A DNA stretch of 64,000 nucleotides from Polyangiales bacterium (GCA_045106895.1 JBGCFM010000025.1:1-64000); one strand, 5' to 3'; shown: positions 33,322 to 44,157, counted from the first letter of the stretch. The notes: generated by a model from the sequence alone, not told the origin. Translations and numbers: made by a program.

Positions 33322-35797
33322 GGCGCGGGTAGCGTCGCGAGAGCTGACGTCGCAACGCTGGGTAGTGTCGTTCCCAGAAGCCGCTTAGGTCTGTCGTGAC
33401 TTGAACAGCGCGGCGGTTCGGCGCGAGGAGGTGCAGCACCAGAGGAATGGAGCCCGCCGTGGGGCCACTCGCCAAGCCAAAGAAGTCTTGGAGGCGCGAC
33501 GCGATCCACGGAGGACGGTCCACCTCGTAGTTTACGTGTACGCGCCGTCGGCCCGGCAGCGACACATGCTCCGGCGCGTAGTTCGTTAGGAGTCCAAGCT
33601 TTTTTGACGGCAAGAGGTCCCGCATGGCCTGGACCATGGATGCGCCCTTGAGGTCTGAGAAGCTCCGTCGCCCGACGCAGAGCTTCGTGAGCGCGAGCAT
33701 TCGCCATTTGTCGTCGAGCTCCAGCTCAAGGCCTGCCACGACGGCAAAGCGTGCTCTGCGCTCGAGGAGCTCGACGGCGTCCATGTCGAAGAAGCGCTGG
33801 AGGCCCGCCTCGAGGGCGGCGGTGGCGAGACACTCCGCGACGGCGTCGCCGTAGCCGTCGCGCCGAACGCTCTCATCGAGAACGAGCCCTTCATAGACGA
33901 GCGCCTCCACGCTCTCGACCTGCTCCGTGGTGGCGTCGAAGCGGACCTCACTCGTCGTCTCGATGGCGTCGCCGAAGAGCTCGAGCATCATCTCGCCGCT
34001 TAGCTCGCAGGCCGAGCGCACGCGCGTCTTTCCACGCCCCCCGCGCTCACTGCGGTCTTGGACACGCACGGCGACGACGAACTCGCCCTCGCGAACAACG
34101 CTCGACTCGTCGAGCTCACCGCTGCCGCCACCGGCGAACACCACGCGCCTTCCTTCGCGTCGTCCGATGCGATCGGGAAACGCCAAGGCGATGGCGGAGC
34201 GGAGCGCTTCGTCTTCGTCCCAAAGGGAGCTCTCTACGTTTCCGGCGCGCGCGCTGCGTTGAAGCTGTCGCGTGACTCGCCCAACGTTTCGATAGACGCC
34301 GATGTCGATGCCCCGGGCGTAGAGCTCGCGGTCTCTGAGGCGTTCCGCTTCCGCCGTCTCGAAGGCTTCGAGCTCGACCAGCACGTCGGCGGTGCCGGAC
34401 TGGTCACGCGTCTCCCGAAGGAGAGCGCGTTCCCCGAGAAGCGCGGCGATGAGGCAAGCCCTGGCGCCGACGGAGCGTTCCACGCCGGACAAGACGAGGC
34501 GGCCCAGACGCGGATGCACCGGCAGACGCAGGAGACGGCGGCCATCGTCACTGATCGACGAGTCGCCGCTATTGCCCTCGTCGTTCTTGTTGGCGCGGAG
34601 CGCGCCAAGTCGCCGAAGGAGGTCCTCCGCCGATTCGAGGGCCCGTTTTGGCGGCGCCTCAAAGTAGTCGAACTGGAACGGGTCGTGGCCCTCAGCGCGC
34701 AGAAGCAGCACCAGTTCACTCAAGTCCAGCCGCGCGATCTCCGGGGTCTCATGTGCGTCACGTCGCTCGAAGTCAGTCTTCGTAAAGAGCCGAATTGCGC
34801 GACCCGCGCGAACACGCCCGGCTCGCCCCGCTCGTTGGATGGCCGACGCCTGGCTGATGCGCTCAACGCGAAGCGTCGGCAGGCCCGTCCACGGCGAATA
34901 GGACGCGCGACGTACGAGGCCGGAGTCGATGACGGTGGTGACGCCCGGAAGGGTGACGGAGCTCTCGGCGACGTTCGTCGAGAGCACCACTTTGCGATTG
35001 CCACCGGCTGCCACGACGCGGCTCTGCTCTTTGGCGCTCAGATCGCCATGCAGGGTTGTGAGCTCGATTCCGTGACGCTTGCATGCGGCGCTGCAGCGCT
35101 GACCCGCACGCCGAATCTCCGCCGCGCCGGGAAGGAACACAAGAACATCACCTTCGTCGTCGGTGCGCAGCACGCTCGATAGGGCCTCGGCCACTCGGGC
35201 GTCCAGGTTCCGCTCGTCGCCCGCCGGTCCGTACTGAATATCGACGGGAAAGACGCGGCCGCTCACGTGTTTGTACGGGGCATCGAGAAACGACGAGAGT
35301 GGTTTTGCGTCGAGGGTGGCGCTCATTGCCACAACGAAGAGCTCTTCGCCGCGTGCCCGTCGCGCGTCCCGAAGCTTCGCCACCATGGCCAAGGCGAGGT
35401 CTCCCTGGAGATGTCGTTCGTGAACCTCATCGAAGACCACGGCGCCAACGCCGCGCAGGGACGAGTCCGAGGCGAGGCGTCGAATCAGGATGCCTTCGGT
35501 CATGAAGAGTAGGCGCGTGCGATCGCTGGTCTTTTTGTCGAAGCGTACTTGGTAGCCGACCCGCTCTCCGACCTTCTCGCCAAGTTCATGGGCGACACGC
35601 TCGCAGGCGAGGCGCGCGGCGAGCCGCCGCGGCTCCACGACGAGGATCTGACCCTGTACTTCATCCAGCATCGCCGGCGGCAGGCGCGTTGTCTTGCCAG
35701 CACCTGGCTCGGCGCTGACGACGAGGCCACGATTCTCTCGGAGCGCCGCCATCATCGATGGCAGCTCCGCGTCGATGGGCAGGGCGCTCTTCTTCAC
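33287..35797 (-). CDS. hrpB: ATP-dependent helicase HrpB
   Basis: PGAGKTT, DEVHER, MSAT, QRAGRAGR, HLLAPNRRAVQVTTDL and RYPRHDW. Confidence 0.97.
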   Translation of the reverse strand: MKKSALPIDAELPSMMAALRENRGLVVSAEPGAGKTTRLPPAMLDEVQGQILVVEPRRLAARLACERVAHELGEKVGERVGYQVRFDKKTSDRTRLLFMTEGILIRRLASDSSLRGVGAVVFDEVHERHLQGDLALAMVAKLRDARRARGEELFVVAMSATLDAKPLSSFLDAPYKHVSGRVFPVDIQYGPAGDERNLDARVAEALSSVLRTDDEGDVLVFLPGAAEIRRAGQRCSAACKRHGIELTTLHGDLSAKEQSRVVAAGGNRKVVLSTNVAESSVTLPGVTTVIDSGLVRRASYSPWTGLPTLRVERISQASAIQRAGRAGRVRAGRAIRLFTKTDFERRDAHETPEIARLDLSELVLLLRAEGHDPFQFDYFEAPPKRALESAEDLLRRLGALRANKNDEGNSGDSSISDDGRRLLRLPVHPRLGRLVLSGVERSVGARACLIAALLGERALLRETRDQSGTADVLVELEAFETAEAERLRDRELYARGIDIGVYRNVGRVTRQLQRSARAGNVESSLWDEDEALRSAIALAFPDRIGRREGRRVVFAGGGSGELDESSVVREGEFVVAVRVQDRSERGGRGKTRVRSACELSGEMMLELFGDAIETTSEVRFDATTEQVESVEALVYEGLVLDESVRRDGYGDAVAECLATAALEAGLQRFFDMDAVELLERRARFAVVAGLELELDDKWRMLALTKLCVGRRSFSDLKGASMVQAMRDLLPSKKLGLLTNYAPEHVSLPGRRRVHVNYEVDRPPWIASRLQDFFGLASGPTAGSIPLVLHLLAPNRRAVQVTTDLSGFWERHYPALRRQLSRRYPRHDWREDPLGKG

Positions 35798-35811
35798 GCG
35801 TCCGATGGCTG

Positions 35812-37056
35812 TTAGGTCAAGAGAATGAGCGCAATGACGGCGAAGGTGACCGTGTAGCGTACGCGCTCAAACCAGACGAAGTGGTGAGTCTTCGTCCAGT
35901 TCCAGAGATAAGCGAGGAGACCCATGGCGGCGAAGAAGAGCCCAACAAGGCCGATGGCGGGCAGAAGGTCGAGGCCTCGGTGGAAGCTCCCGTTGACGCC
36001 AGGCGTGAAGCCCGTTCCGTAGAGCAGAAGGAGGTGCGCGACGTAGAGCACAAGGGTCTGTGTTCCGATGACCTGGACGAAGCGGACGACGGGCATCTTC
36101 TTCTTCGTCGCCTTCATGCGTTTCGTGAGGAGCGACTCGACGAGGCAGAGCACGGAGAGCAGCCCCAGGACGCCGCCGAGGCGAATGAAGAAGAACCAGG
36201 GGCTCGTCTTCCAGAAGTTGTGCTCCGGAAACGGGTCAAAGGGCGCATGCGCCATGCGATCGCCAAAGAGGATAAGCGCCGCGGCGATGAGCGCCAGCGG
36301 GAGAAAGAGCTGCCGCAGGCCAGGCGCCTTGAGACGCCGGGTTTGCACGAAGCGGGCGGTAAGGATGCCACCGAAGAGGAAGCCACACCAAGGCACGATG
36401 GGGAAAATGGAGCCCGTCGAGTCGTTGATCCAGGCCGCAATGGGCGAGGGCAGCGCGCTCACGTCGGCGGCCCATAGAAAGGGCGCGGAAAAAATGGCCA
36501 AGCCCGTAAGAATGGCGATGACCGTCAGATAGAGCCGCTTGTTGCGGAGGATCATCACGAGGGACTCCGCGAAGATAAGCACCATGCCGATGTGCTGGAG
36601 CGCGTCGACGCTGGTGGTCCGTGCGAGTCGTTCCGGGGGAAGCGAGAGGAGCCACGACAGGCTCGGTTGCTGAAGGTGGAGCAGGTACCCGATACCGATG
36701 ATCATCAAGTAGCGCTCGAAGCGCTTGTAGACGGTCTTCCCGAGACGTGTGTGGGCATCCCATTTGCCCAACGTCGTGATGCCGAAAGCCATCCCCGACG
36801 AGAAGAGGAAGATCGGCGCGGTGAACCCATGCACGTAGCCGTGGTAGCCGTACCACCAGCTGCCTCGAACACCTTCGCTGACCACTTCGTAGAAGACGTG
36901 GCCCTGAATCATTAGAACCACTGCTGCGAAGCGGAAGAGGTCGAGGGCGAGCCAGCGCTCCTTCACCGGCGCTTTCACGCTGGGTTTCGCAACGGGTGTG
37001 CTCTTTGCACGACGCCATGGAAGGACTGCACTCACGGCCCCGTTCTGGCCGCCCAC
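35812..37056 (-). CDS. DUF1624/HGSNAT-like multi-pass acyltransferase (start uncertain)
   Basis: ERWLALDLFRFAAVVLMIQGH, APIFLF.SG, DALQHIG, FPIVPW and YVAH, with about 10 TMs. Confidence 0.85.
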   Translation of the reverse strand: MGGQNGAVSAVLPWRRAKSTPVAKPSVKAPVKERWLALDLFRFAAVVLMIQGHVFYEVVSEGVRGSWWYGYHGYVHGFTAPIFLFSSGMAFGITTLGKWDAHTRLGKTVYKRFERYLMIIGIGYLLHLQQPSLSWLLSLPPERLARTTSVDALQHIGMVLIFAESLVMILRNKRLYLTVIAILTGLAIFSAPFLWAADVSALPSPIAAWINDSTGSIFPIVPWCGFLFGGILTARFVQTRRLKAPGLRQLFLPLALIAAALILFGDRMAHAPFDPFPEHNFWKTSPWFFFIRLGGVLGLLSVLCLVESLLTKRMKATKKKMPVVRFVQVIGTQTLVLYVAHLLLLYGTGFTPGVNGSFHRGLDLLPAIGLVGLFFAAMGLLAYLWNWTKTHHFVWFERVRYTVTFAVIALILLT

Positions 37057-37191
37057 CGCGAAGTGCGCAAGTCGCGCTCGTTCGCTTCCACACTCACTTG
37101 GGTGACAAGAAGCATCGAAAAGTAGGCAAATTCACTGTTTTAGCGAGGACTTTCTCGGTGTTTCTTCGAGCGGCTATAGTCAGCGCCGAGG

Positions 37192-39030
37192 ATGAATACC
37201 GACGCCACCATCGCCGCGCTCCTCGCTACACATCATGACGACATCGAGGTCGGAGACACCATTCTTCCGCCGGCGCACGAGACGGACGTTCGGGTGTCGA
37301 CGGGGCGCCTCGAACTTGGGAAGACGTTGGGCGAAGGAGGCATGGGCGTTGTCCGCGTGGCCAGGCAGGCCTCCCTCGGCCGGGAGGTCGCCGTCAAAAC
37401 GCTTCGAAGTGAGCACACGGGCCACGGCTTCGAGCGACGCCTCTTGCAGGAGGCGTGGACCACAGGAACCCTCGAGCATCCGAATGTCGTGCCGGTCTAC
37501 GACATCGATCTCGATGAGGACAACAAGCCGCTCATCGTTCTCAAGCGTATCGAAGGACGCGTCTGGGAAGAGCTCATGCACGACCCCCAGGCCATCCGGC
37601 GTGAGCACGGTTCGAAGGAACCCCTCGAATGGAACATCCGGGTCTTGATGCAGGCCTGCCGCGCGCTCCAGTTTGCTCACCGTCGCGGATTCGTTCATCG
37701 GGACCTCAAACCGGAGAACGTGATGGTCGGCTCCTTCGGCGAGGTTTATGTCCTCGACTGGGGCATCGCCGTCGCCCTTGAAGATGACGGCACAGGTCGT
37801 TTCCCCCTCGCCGAGGACGCTCGCGCCATGGCTGGAACACCCGCGTATATGGCGCCGGAGATGCTTGGCGGCGAAGAGCCCAACATTGGTCCTTGGACGG
37901 ACGTCTACCTCCTCGGCGCCGTGCTCTACGAAGTGCTCACGGGCCACGCGCCGCACGAAGGCGAAACCCTCGCCGAAGTGCTTCGCTCTGTTCTTCATGG
38001 CCCGGCGCCGGTGGAAGGGTACCCGGAGCTGAGACGCATCTGCGAGCGCGCGATGGACGCCGACCGCGCCGCGCGTTTCGAGAGCGTGGAGCAGTTTCGT
38101 TTGGCTCTCGAGGGGTTTCTCCGCCATCGCGGCGCGCGCCAGCTCGCGGAACGCGCCGACGTGTCGCTCCAAGCTATGAACGTGCACCTAGCGAGCGGCG
38201 ATGACAGCGCAGCGGACGCGGCGTTTGCGGAATGCCGCTTTGGTTATCGAGCCGCGATCCAGAGTTGGCCTGATTTCGAGGAGGCCCACGAACGCCTGCG
38301 AAGTGCCGAGCTGACGATGGCACGCGCCGACCTCGCCGCAGGTCGCCCCGAGGCGGCGCAGCGGCTTCTCGCGTCGCACTCTTCGATCCCGCCCGAACTT
38401 CGCGCGGCCCTTGAAGACGCGCTCAGCGCTCAGAACGAAGAGCGTGAGTCCATGGCGCGTCTTCGAGACGACGTCAGCGAAAACGTCGGCAAACGAACGC
38501 GCTCGATGGTCCTCGCCCTCGTGTGCGGTCTGTGGGTTTTCGGCCCTGTTCTTCGCGAGTACTTTCACAGTGACAATCCGTGGTCCGCCGTTGTCCCTTC
38601 GCTTCTCTCCGCGATTTTCGTCGGCGGAGTTCTTCTCTGGGCTCGCGAGTCGATGGCCAAGACGCGCATCAACCGTTCTTTGGCCGGCCTCCTCGGCGCC
38701 GTCGTCCTCGCGACGCTTGGCGCAAACATCATCGGGGTGGCGGCGGGGCTCGATATTCAGACCATCGATTGCCTGCTCCCCTTCGTGTGGCTCACGGGGA
38801 CCCTCGTCGCCGTCACCACAGTGCACATCTCGATCCTGCCGTCGGCGCTCGCGATGGCCGTGACCTGCTTCATCTGTCTCAAATATCCCGTGTATCGATA
38901 CAAGGTGAGCGCCCTCGCCAACGCCGTTATTTTCGTCAACGCCGTGATTATGAACCGCTCGTTCCGTGTCCTCCGCGAGTCCTTGGAAGCGCGCCTCGAC
39001 GGCAACTCAGACAGGCCCAAACGAACCTAG
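37192..39030 (+). CDS. Ser/Thr protein kinase with C-terminal multi-TM region
   Basis: LGEGGMG, VAVK, HRDLKPEN, DWG and GTPAYMAPE. Confidence 0.95.
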   Translation: MNTDATIAALLATHHDDIEVGDTILPPAHETDVRVSTGRLELGKTLGEGGMGVVRVARQASLGREVAVKTLRSEHTGHGFERRLLQEAWTTGTLEHPNVVPVYDIDLDEDNKPLIVLKRIEGRVWEELMHDPQAIRREHGSKEPLEWNIRVLMQACRALQFAHRRGFVHRDLKPENVMVGSFGEVYVLDWGIAVALEDDGTGRFPLAEDARAMAGTPAYMAPEMLGGEEPNIGPWTDVYLLGAVLYEVLTGHAPHEGETLAEVLRSVLHGPAPVEGYPELRRICERAMDADRAARFESVEQFRLALEGFLRHRGARQLAERADVSLQAMNVHLASGDDSAADAAFAECRFGYRAAIQSWPDFEEAHERLRSAELTMARADLAAGRPEAAQRLLASHSSIPPELRAALEDALSAQNEERESMARLRDDVSENVGKRTRSMVLALVCGLWVFGPVLREYFHSDNPWSAVVPSLLSAIFVGGVLLWARESMAKTRINRSLAGLLGAVVLATLGANIIGVAAGLDIQTIDCLLPFVWLTGTLVAVTTVHISILPSALAMAVTCFICLKYPVYRYKVSALANAVIFVNAVIMNRSFRVLRESLEARLDGNSDRPKRT

Positions 39031-39040
39031 GGCTGCGTCT

Positions 39041-40999
39041 CTAAGGCGTGCGCCAGCCTTGGCCCGTCGTGTAGCGGACCGTGATAGGGCGGGCTTGAAC
39101 GACCACGAAGCGGCGGTCGCCTTCCGTCAGCAAAAACTCCACGTCCACGGCGTTGGCTCCGCCTACATAGGTCGGAACGAGACGGTCGTTCAGGTTCTTG
39201 AGCAGTTCTCCCGCCGCCTCCAGATCGGCCGTCTCCAGAATCGCCTGGCCGTTTGTGCGCGTGCTTCGGCTGAGTACGTGAAACTCGTAGGTGGGTGTCC
39301 ACGTGTAGATGAGGATCTCTTCGGGGAGCTCGTCGCTGCCTGCGCCGGTCACGCTGCCTCCTTGCGTCTGCACGTTGAGGTAGACGGCGGGCCGGGCTTC
39401 GTCGAAGGGGTTCCGAGTAATCGCGACGCCGTTGCCGACGACGTTCTCCACGAAGGGCTGAATCAAGACGGCCATCTTGACGGCGAGTTGGTCGATGCGA
39501 AACCACTGCCGCTCTTCGAACGCGCGCTGGAGCCAGACGGAGGCCCAGACTTCGCGAAGTGCCGCCTCGATCTCGCGGAGCGACGAAGCCGAATCGACGA
39601 CGACGGAGCTGTAGAGGCCCGCGCCGTTGAAGCCGACAAGGTCCTCGGCGTTGGTGCTCGAGCGAAAGATCCATCGACGGTCCGGCGCTTGCTCACGCAT
39701 GCGCGCGCGAATGGAGCGCAAGAGGCGCGGCGGAACCCGGCGCTCGCTGATCTGTGTGCGCAGCCGCTCGAGCGTCTGCTCGCGGACCCGCGCGTCCTGC
39801 TGAAACGCATCGTCGGCGAGGGCCAGGCCGAGTGCTCGTGCCGCACCGCTGCGCCGAAGTTGCTCGTCGTAGTGCGCGAATGGGACCACGAAACCTCCCG
39901 GCGTTTCGACGTCGTCCATCGCGCAGACAACGCCTAGCTGGGAGGCCTTGGCACCAGCGCGCGGCGTATCGTCCCCTTGCAGGGAGCACACCTCAAGGAG
40001 GCCGCTCTCGCTCAGGTCGAAGGTCGGGCTAAATCCCTCGGAGGGACGACGGCTCGCCCAATGAGCCTCCGCCTCGGCGAGCTCGACCTCTTCGATGGAG
40101 AAGTCCTGAGGTCCGACGACCACGCGAACTAGTTTGCCGTCGAAGGCCGTGAGCCGCTCGTCTTCGGCGGCGCCTCGAAGCGCCATGTCCGGAGTATTAC
40201 GATTTCGGCTCAAGACAGCGACGTGCGCGAGTGGCGCCTGCAGCCGGCCGGTAATGAGCCCGCTGACGGGCGGCAGTTCGTTGGGCACGTGGTCGGTGAC
40301 GAGGATGTCGCTCGGCCGAACCGAGGCGAGATCGAGCGCCCCATGCGTGATGCGAAGGTAACCGATGGCGACGCCCGGTACCGGGGCCTGGTAGCGGACG
40401 TCGGACATGAGGACTTGGCCGTCGATGACGGGCAGACGAGCGCCGAGCTCCGCCGCGCGCTCCTCGTGAAGTGGCGAGAGCGTGCGAAACTGGAGCGCGT
40501 CGCCGAAGAACACACGCGTCCGGATGAGCTCAAAGGCACGCATGAGGCGTTCTGAGTCGAGCTGATCACCCGCGACAAGTTCGAAGGTCCAGTGGTCTCC
40601 GTCCAAGTAGTGAACGAGGGAGAGCAAGATGTAGTCGCGCTCCGGCGAGCGGTATTGTCGAATGTTGAACTGCCCGTGGTCTACGCTCGCGTCGAGCATG
40701 TGTTTCACGAAGCCGAAGTGAAGTTCGAAGCGAGCGGACTGAATGAAGTAGGGACGCCAGTCATCCTCGAGGTCGATGACGACTTTCACCACCTCCGTTC
40801 GAGACGCGCCTTGGTACTCGGGGCGATAGGCCAGGGCGCGCCAAGCGTCGGCAGAGCGGACCGCCGGCAGAGCGTTGGGCGAGTCGGCGTCCGCTGGCAT
40901 TTCGGGCGGCGGTGGCGGCGGTGGGGCCACGATCGCAGGGCCACACCCCCACAAGGCGATGGTGGCGAAGACAAAGAGAAAGCGTCGAGACCTCAGCAC
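39041..40999 (-). CDS. PEP-synthase/PPDK-like lipoprotein (His-swivel plus ATP-grasp domains)
   Basis: Lipobox LWGC, PLAHVAVLSRNRNTP, GAKASQLG, RSSTNAED..FNGAGLY and DVEF...VQARP. Confidence 0.8.
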   Translation of the reverse strand: MLRSRRFLFVFATIALWGCGPAIVAPPPPPPPEMPADADSPNALPAVRSADAWRALAYRPEYQGASRTEVVKVVIDLEDDWRPYFIQSARFELHFGFVKHMLDASVDHGQFNIRQYRSPERDYILLSLVHYLDGDHWTFELVAGDQLDSERLMRAFELIRTRVFFGDALQFRTLSPLHEERAAELGARLPVIDGQVLMSDVRYQAPVPGVAIGYLRITHGALDLASVRPSDILVTDHVPNELPPVSGLITGRLQAPLAHVAVLSRNRNTPDMALRGAAEDERLTAFDGKLVRVVVGPQDFSIEEVELAEAEAHWASRRPSEGFSPTFDLSESGLLEVCSLQGDDTPRAGAKASQLGVVCAMDDVETPGGFVVPFAHYDEQLRRSGAARALGLALADDAFQQDARVREQTLERLRTQISERRVPPRLLRSIRARMREQAPDRRWIFRSSTNAEDLVGFNGAGLYSSVVVDSASSLREIEAALREVWASVWLQRAFEERQWFRIDQLAVKMAVLIQPFVENVVGNGVAITRNPFDEARPAVYLNVQTQGGSVTGAGSDELPEEILIYTWTPTYEFHVLSRSTRTNGQAILETADLEAAGELLKNLNDRLVPTYVGGANAVDVEFLLTEGDRRFVVVQARPITVRYTTGQGWRTP

Positions 41000-41035
41000 C
41001 TCGGCAGCATACCAGGTGCCGTCGCGCTTCGATGA

Positions 41036-42544
41036 CTAGCCAGAAAGGAGGTTGGTGAGGGCGCGGGAGAGACGTTGAGCGTCCCAAGGTTTTTCAAGGA
41101 AGCCGCCGACGCCGAGATCGAGGATCTCTTGGGCTTCTTCGTTGAGCGCGTACCCCGTTGTCAGGAGCACCGGGACATCTGCACGAATGGCTCTCATGGC
41201 TTGATAGGTGGCTTTGCCGTTCATGCCGGGCATGGTCATGTCGAGGATAACGGCGTCGATCTTGTCTGGGTCCTCGCGGAAGATTCGTAGCGCTTCTGCG
41301 CCGCCCTCGGCCGCGATGGTGGCGTAGCCAAGCTGCTGCAAAACATAGACGGCGGCCTCACGGAGCACATACTCATCGTCGACAACCAGGACCGTGCCCT
41401 CGCCGCCCTGCAGCGCCTCGGGGCCGTGCTGCGATGGAGGGACGTACGTCTGATCTGTGGCGGGGATTCGCAAACGGAAGAGCGCTCCCTTGGCCCCATC
41501 GGTGACCTCGACGGTACCACCATGGCTCTCGGCGACCCCGCGAACCAACGCGAGTCCGAGGCCTGCGCTGGCGTGCCGCTCCGGCCCCTTCGTGCTGAAG
41601 AAGGGTTTGAAGATATGTTCTTGGAGGTCTTTGGGAACGCCTGGTCCTTCGTCTTCGACTTCGACTACGACGTATTCACCCTCATCACGGGTGCGGACTT
41701 GAATGCGACCACCTCCCGGACTCATCGAGTCGCGCGCGTTGAGCACCAAGTTCATCACCGCTCGCTCAAGGCGCGAGCGGTCGCCGAGCACGGCCTGCTT
41801 CGACATGCAGGAGACTTCCACAACGGTGTTCTTGCGGAGCCCATGGCGTACGAGCGTCGTCACGGCGCTTACGGCGTCCGCAAGACTTGTCGCTTGCGCG
41901 AGGTTCTTGCCCCGTCCGGTGAACGTAAGAAGAGACTCCGCGAGCTCCGAGGCGGTCTTGACCACATCCTGGATCGAACGAGCGTGTTTGGTGCGAAGAG
42001 GATCTGACTCTCCGTTTTCGAGAGCGCTCGCGAGCAGTGAGATGGCGCCGAGCAGGTTGTTAAAGTCGTGCGCGACTCCGCCAGCGAGGGTGCCAAGGCT
42101 CTCCATGGCATGCGCCTCTCGAACGCGCGATTCGGCTTCTCGGCGAGCGGTCTCTGCTTCGACTTCTCGGGTGATGTCGAAGAAAGCGATAGAGATGTGG
42201 GAGATGCTGCCTTCGTCGAAGACCGGCCGCGCATAGGCTCGAATGTTGACCTTTTTGCCGTCTCGGCGGTGGATGACGATGTCATCGACCATCTCCGTTT
42301 CGCCCGAGCGGAGCGCCAGCACGAAGGGCATCCTGTCCTCGGGATAAAGCTCACCGCTCAGATCATGAATGGCGTAGGGCTCCGCGAAGTCGCCCCGTTC
42401 GACCTCGGCGAGCCCGGGCATGCCCATGATCGTTCGAAAGCGCTCGTTGGCGTAGACGAACTCGCCACCCGGAGCGCGCGCGATCCACACGCCCACGGGG
42501 AGACCGTCTCCGATCCCGCGAATGATCTCGTCATTAGATATCAC
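41036..42544 (-). CDS. PAS-domain hybrid sensor histidine kinase with receiver domain
   Basis: AHDFNNLL, NLVLNARD, DEGPG, FFSTK, GLGLA, VVDDE, DMTMP and KPW. Confidence 0.95.
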   Translation of the reverse strand: MISNDEIIRGIGDGLPVGVWIARAPGGEFVYANERFRTIMGMPGLAEVERGDFAEPYAIHDLSGELYPEDRMPFVLALRSGETEMVDDIVIHRRDGKKVNIRAYARPVFDEGSISHISIAFFDITREVEAETARREAESRVREAHAMESLGTLAGGVAHDFNNLLGAISLLASALENGESDPLRTKHARSIQDVVKTASELAESLLTFTGRGKNLAQATSLADAVSAVTTLVRHGLRKNTVVEVSCMSKQAVLGDRSRLERAVMNLVLNARDSMSPGGGRIQVRTRDEGEYVVVEVEDEGPGVPKDLQEHIFKPFFSTKGPERHASAGLGLALVRGVAESHGGTVEVTDGAKGALFRLRIPATDQTYVPPSQHGPEALQGGEGTVLVVDDEYVLREAAVYVLQQLGYATIAAEGGAEALRIFREDPDKIDAVILDMTMPGMNGKATYQAMRAIRADVPVLLTTGYALNEEAQEILDLGVGGFLEKPWDAQRLSRALTNLLSG

Positions 42545-42620
42545 CCGGCGAGTGTACAGTTTTGTCGTCTTCGCCGCGACGGATGTGCGGCGGGTCAGGT
42601 TTTCCGATAAGTAGAGGGAG

Positions 42621-43136
42621 ATGCGCAGCTGGCCTCAACTTCTGTGCTCTTGTCTTCTCCTCGTCGCCGCCGCGTGTGGGAACTCTCAGCCGCGTCTCCA
42701 CAGCGAGACGGTGCCCCGCCTGGTGGAGCGTTGGGAGTCCGGTAGGGAAACGCGCGAGCTCGTCGACGCGCGACGTGGGTTGCTTGTCCTGCGCTATTGC
42801 GCAGGCGAAGGCAGGAGCTGTGAGCACAGCACGTACAGGCACTGTGGCGAGTCACTCCGGCGAGCGACGTCCGTGCTTTGGGAAGATCTCGAGATGCGGA
42901 AGAACTACCTGGAGCGTGAGCATATCTATGAGTGCGGAGTGAGCGAGTGCCGTCACGCGCCGATGATGGAAGACGACTACGAAGCTACGCTCCGCTTCGA
43001 CACGAGCGTCGTGCCGCCGGTGCTCATCGAAGTGCTCCATGTTGAAGGCGCAGGTGCGTCCCGTGAAGACATCACCCTCTGGGCCGACACAGAGCGTGCG
43101 TCGCATCTCACAGGCTGCGCAGAAAGAAGTAGCTGA
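42621..43136 (+). CDS. Hypothetical lipoprotein
   Basis: Lipobox AAAC, several Cys, directly upstream of arfB. Confidence 0.65.
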   Translation: MRSWPQLLCSCLLLVAAACGNSQPRLHSETVPRLVERWESGRETRELVDARRGLLVLRYCAGEGRSCEHSTYRHCGESLRRATSVLWEDLEMRKNYLEREHIYECGVSECRHAPMMEDDYEATLRFDTSVVPPVLIEVLHVEGAGASREDITLWADTERASHLTGCAERSS

Positions 43137-43139
43137 GCG

Positions 43140-43559
43140 ATGGAAGACCTCAACGTGAATCACTGGCTCACGATCCCAGGGAAAGACCTCGACTGGCATG
43201 CGGCTCGCAGTGGTGGCCCCGGTGGCCAGAACGTGAACAAGGTGAACACCAAGGTGGACCTTCGTTTCGATCTGGAAGGAAGCGCCCTCGCGCCCGCTGT
43301 CAAAGCGCGCTTACGCCGCCTCGCCCAGACACGATTGGACGCTCAGGGACGAATCGCCATCACCGCATCGGCCTCTCGATCGCAGAGCGGAAACCTCCGT
43401 GACGCACGTGAGCGGCTCCGCCAGCTGGTTCTGAAAGCCCTTGAGCGACCCAAGTCGCGAAAGAAAACCAAGCCGACACGCGGCTCTCAGCGCCGGCGGC
43501 TCAAAGCCAAGAGTCTCCGCTCGGACACCAAGAAGCAGCGCGGAAAGGTCGACTACTGA
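43140..43559 (+). CDS. arfB: Alternative ribosome rescue factor B
   Basis: RSGGPGGQNVNKV, RSQ..N and basic tail RKKTKPT. Confidence 0.97.
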   Translation: MEDLNVNHWLTIPGKDLDWHAARSGGPGGQNVNKVNTKVDLRFDLEGSALAPAVKARLRRLAQTRLDAQGRIAITASASRSQSGNLRDARERLRQLVLKALERPKSRKKTKPTRGSQRRRLKAKSLRSDTKKQRGKVDY

Positions 43560-43623
43560 CAAGTTTCCCCGGTCTTGCGCCGATTGGTCTTGATTCCATC
43601 ACCGACCCGGAGGATGTTGGGCC

Positions 43624-44136
43624 ATGGGCGACGCAAAAAACATCGATGGCGAGAATCTGACGGTCACGGGACGACACTCCGAGATCCCTAAACCTCATGT
43701 CCAGATCGACGAAAAAGACGACGGCGTCATCATTGTCGTGAGCCAGGCGTATGGCCCGGGCGGAGACAGTCTCGTTGGCATCAGTGACGTCACCTTCGAC
43801 GGGTACCCCGCCGTCACCATCGGCATTCGTTTGCCCGACGGTCGCGAAGGGCAGGTTCACCTGAGCCCCCTCCACGGCGACGCGCGTAAGGACGGGCTCA
43901 CGGACATCGCGCCGGGAACGAAGTGCGAGCTGTTCTGCCCCGTGTCGAAAAAGCCCCTCGACGGCCTCGGCCAGGTCGAAGACGGAAGCGGCGCGACCTA
44001 CCACGCCATCTACCTCACGGACAAGCTCGAGAAGGGCGCCGTGGTGATGCTCTCGGACATCTGGGGTCACTTCCATTCGCGCATCATCGATGACATGGAA
44101 CTGCTCTCGTACTGGGCTGTCGCTCAGGGCGAGTAG
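43624..44136 (+). CDS. Hypothetical protein
   Basis: GGAGG SD and strong GC3 bias. LSPLHGD and ELFCP motifs; no family recognised. Confidence 0.75.
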   Translation: MGDAKNIDGENLTVTGRHSEIPKPHVQIDEKDDGVIIVVSQAYGPGGDSLVGISDVTFDGYPAVTIGIRLPDGREGQVHLSPLHGDARKDGLTDIAPGTKCELFCPVSKKPLDGLGQVEDGSGATYHAIYLTDKLEKGAVVMLSDIWGHFHSRIIDDMELLSYWAVAQGE

Positions 44137-44157
44137 TCCTTCTCGGATTCACTAGCG

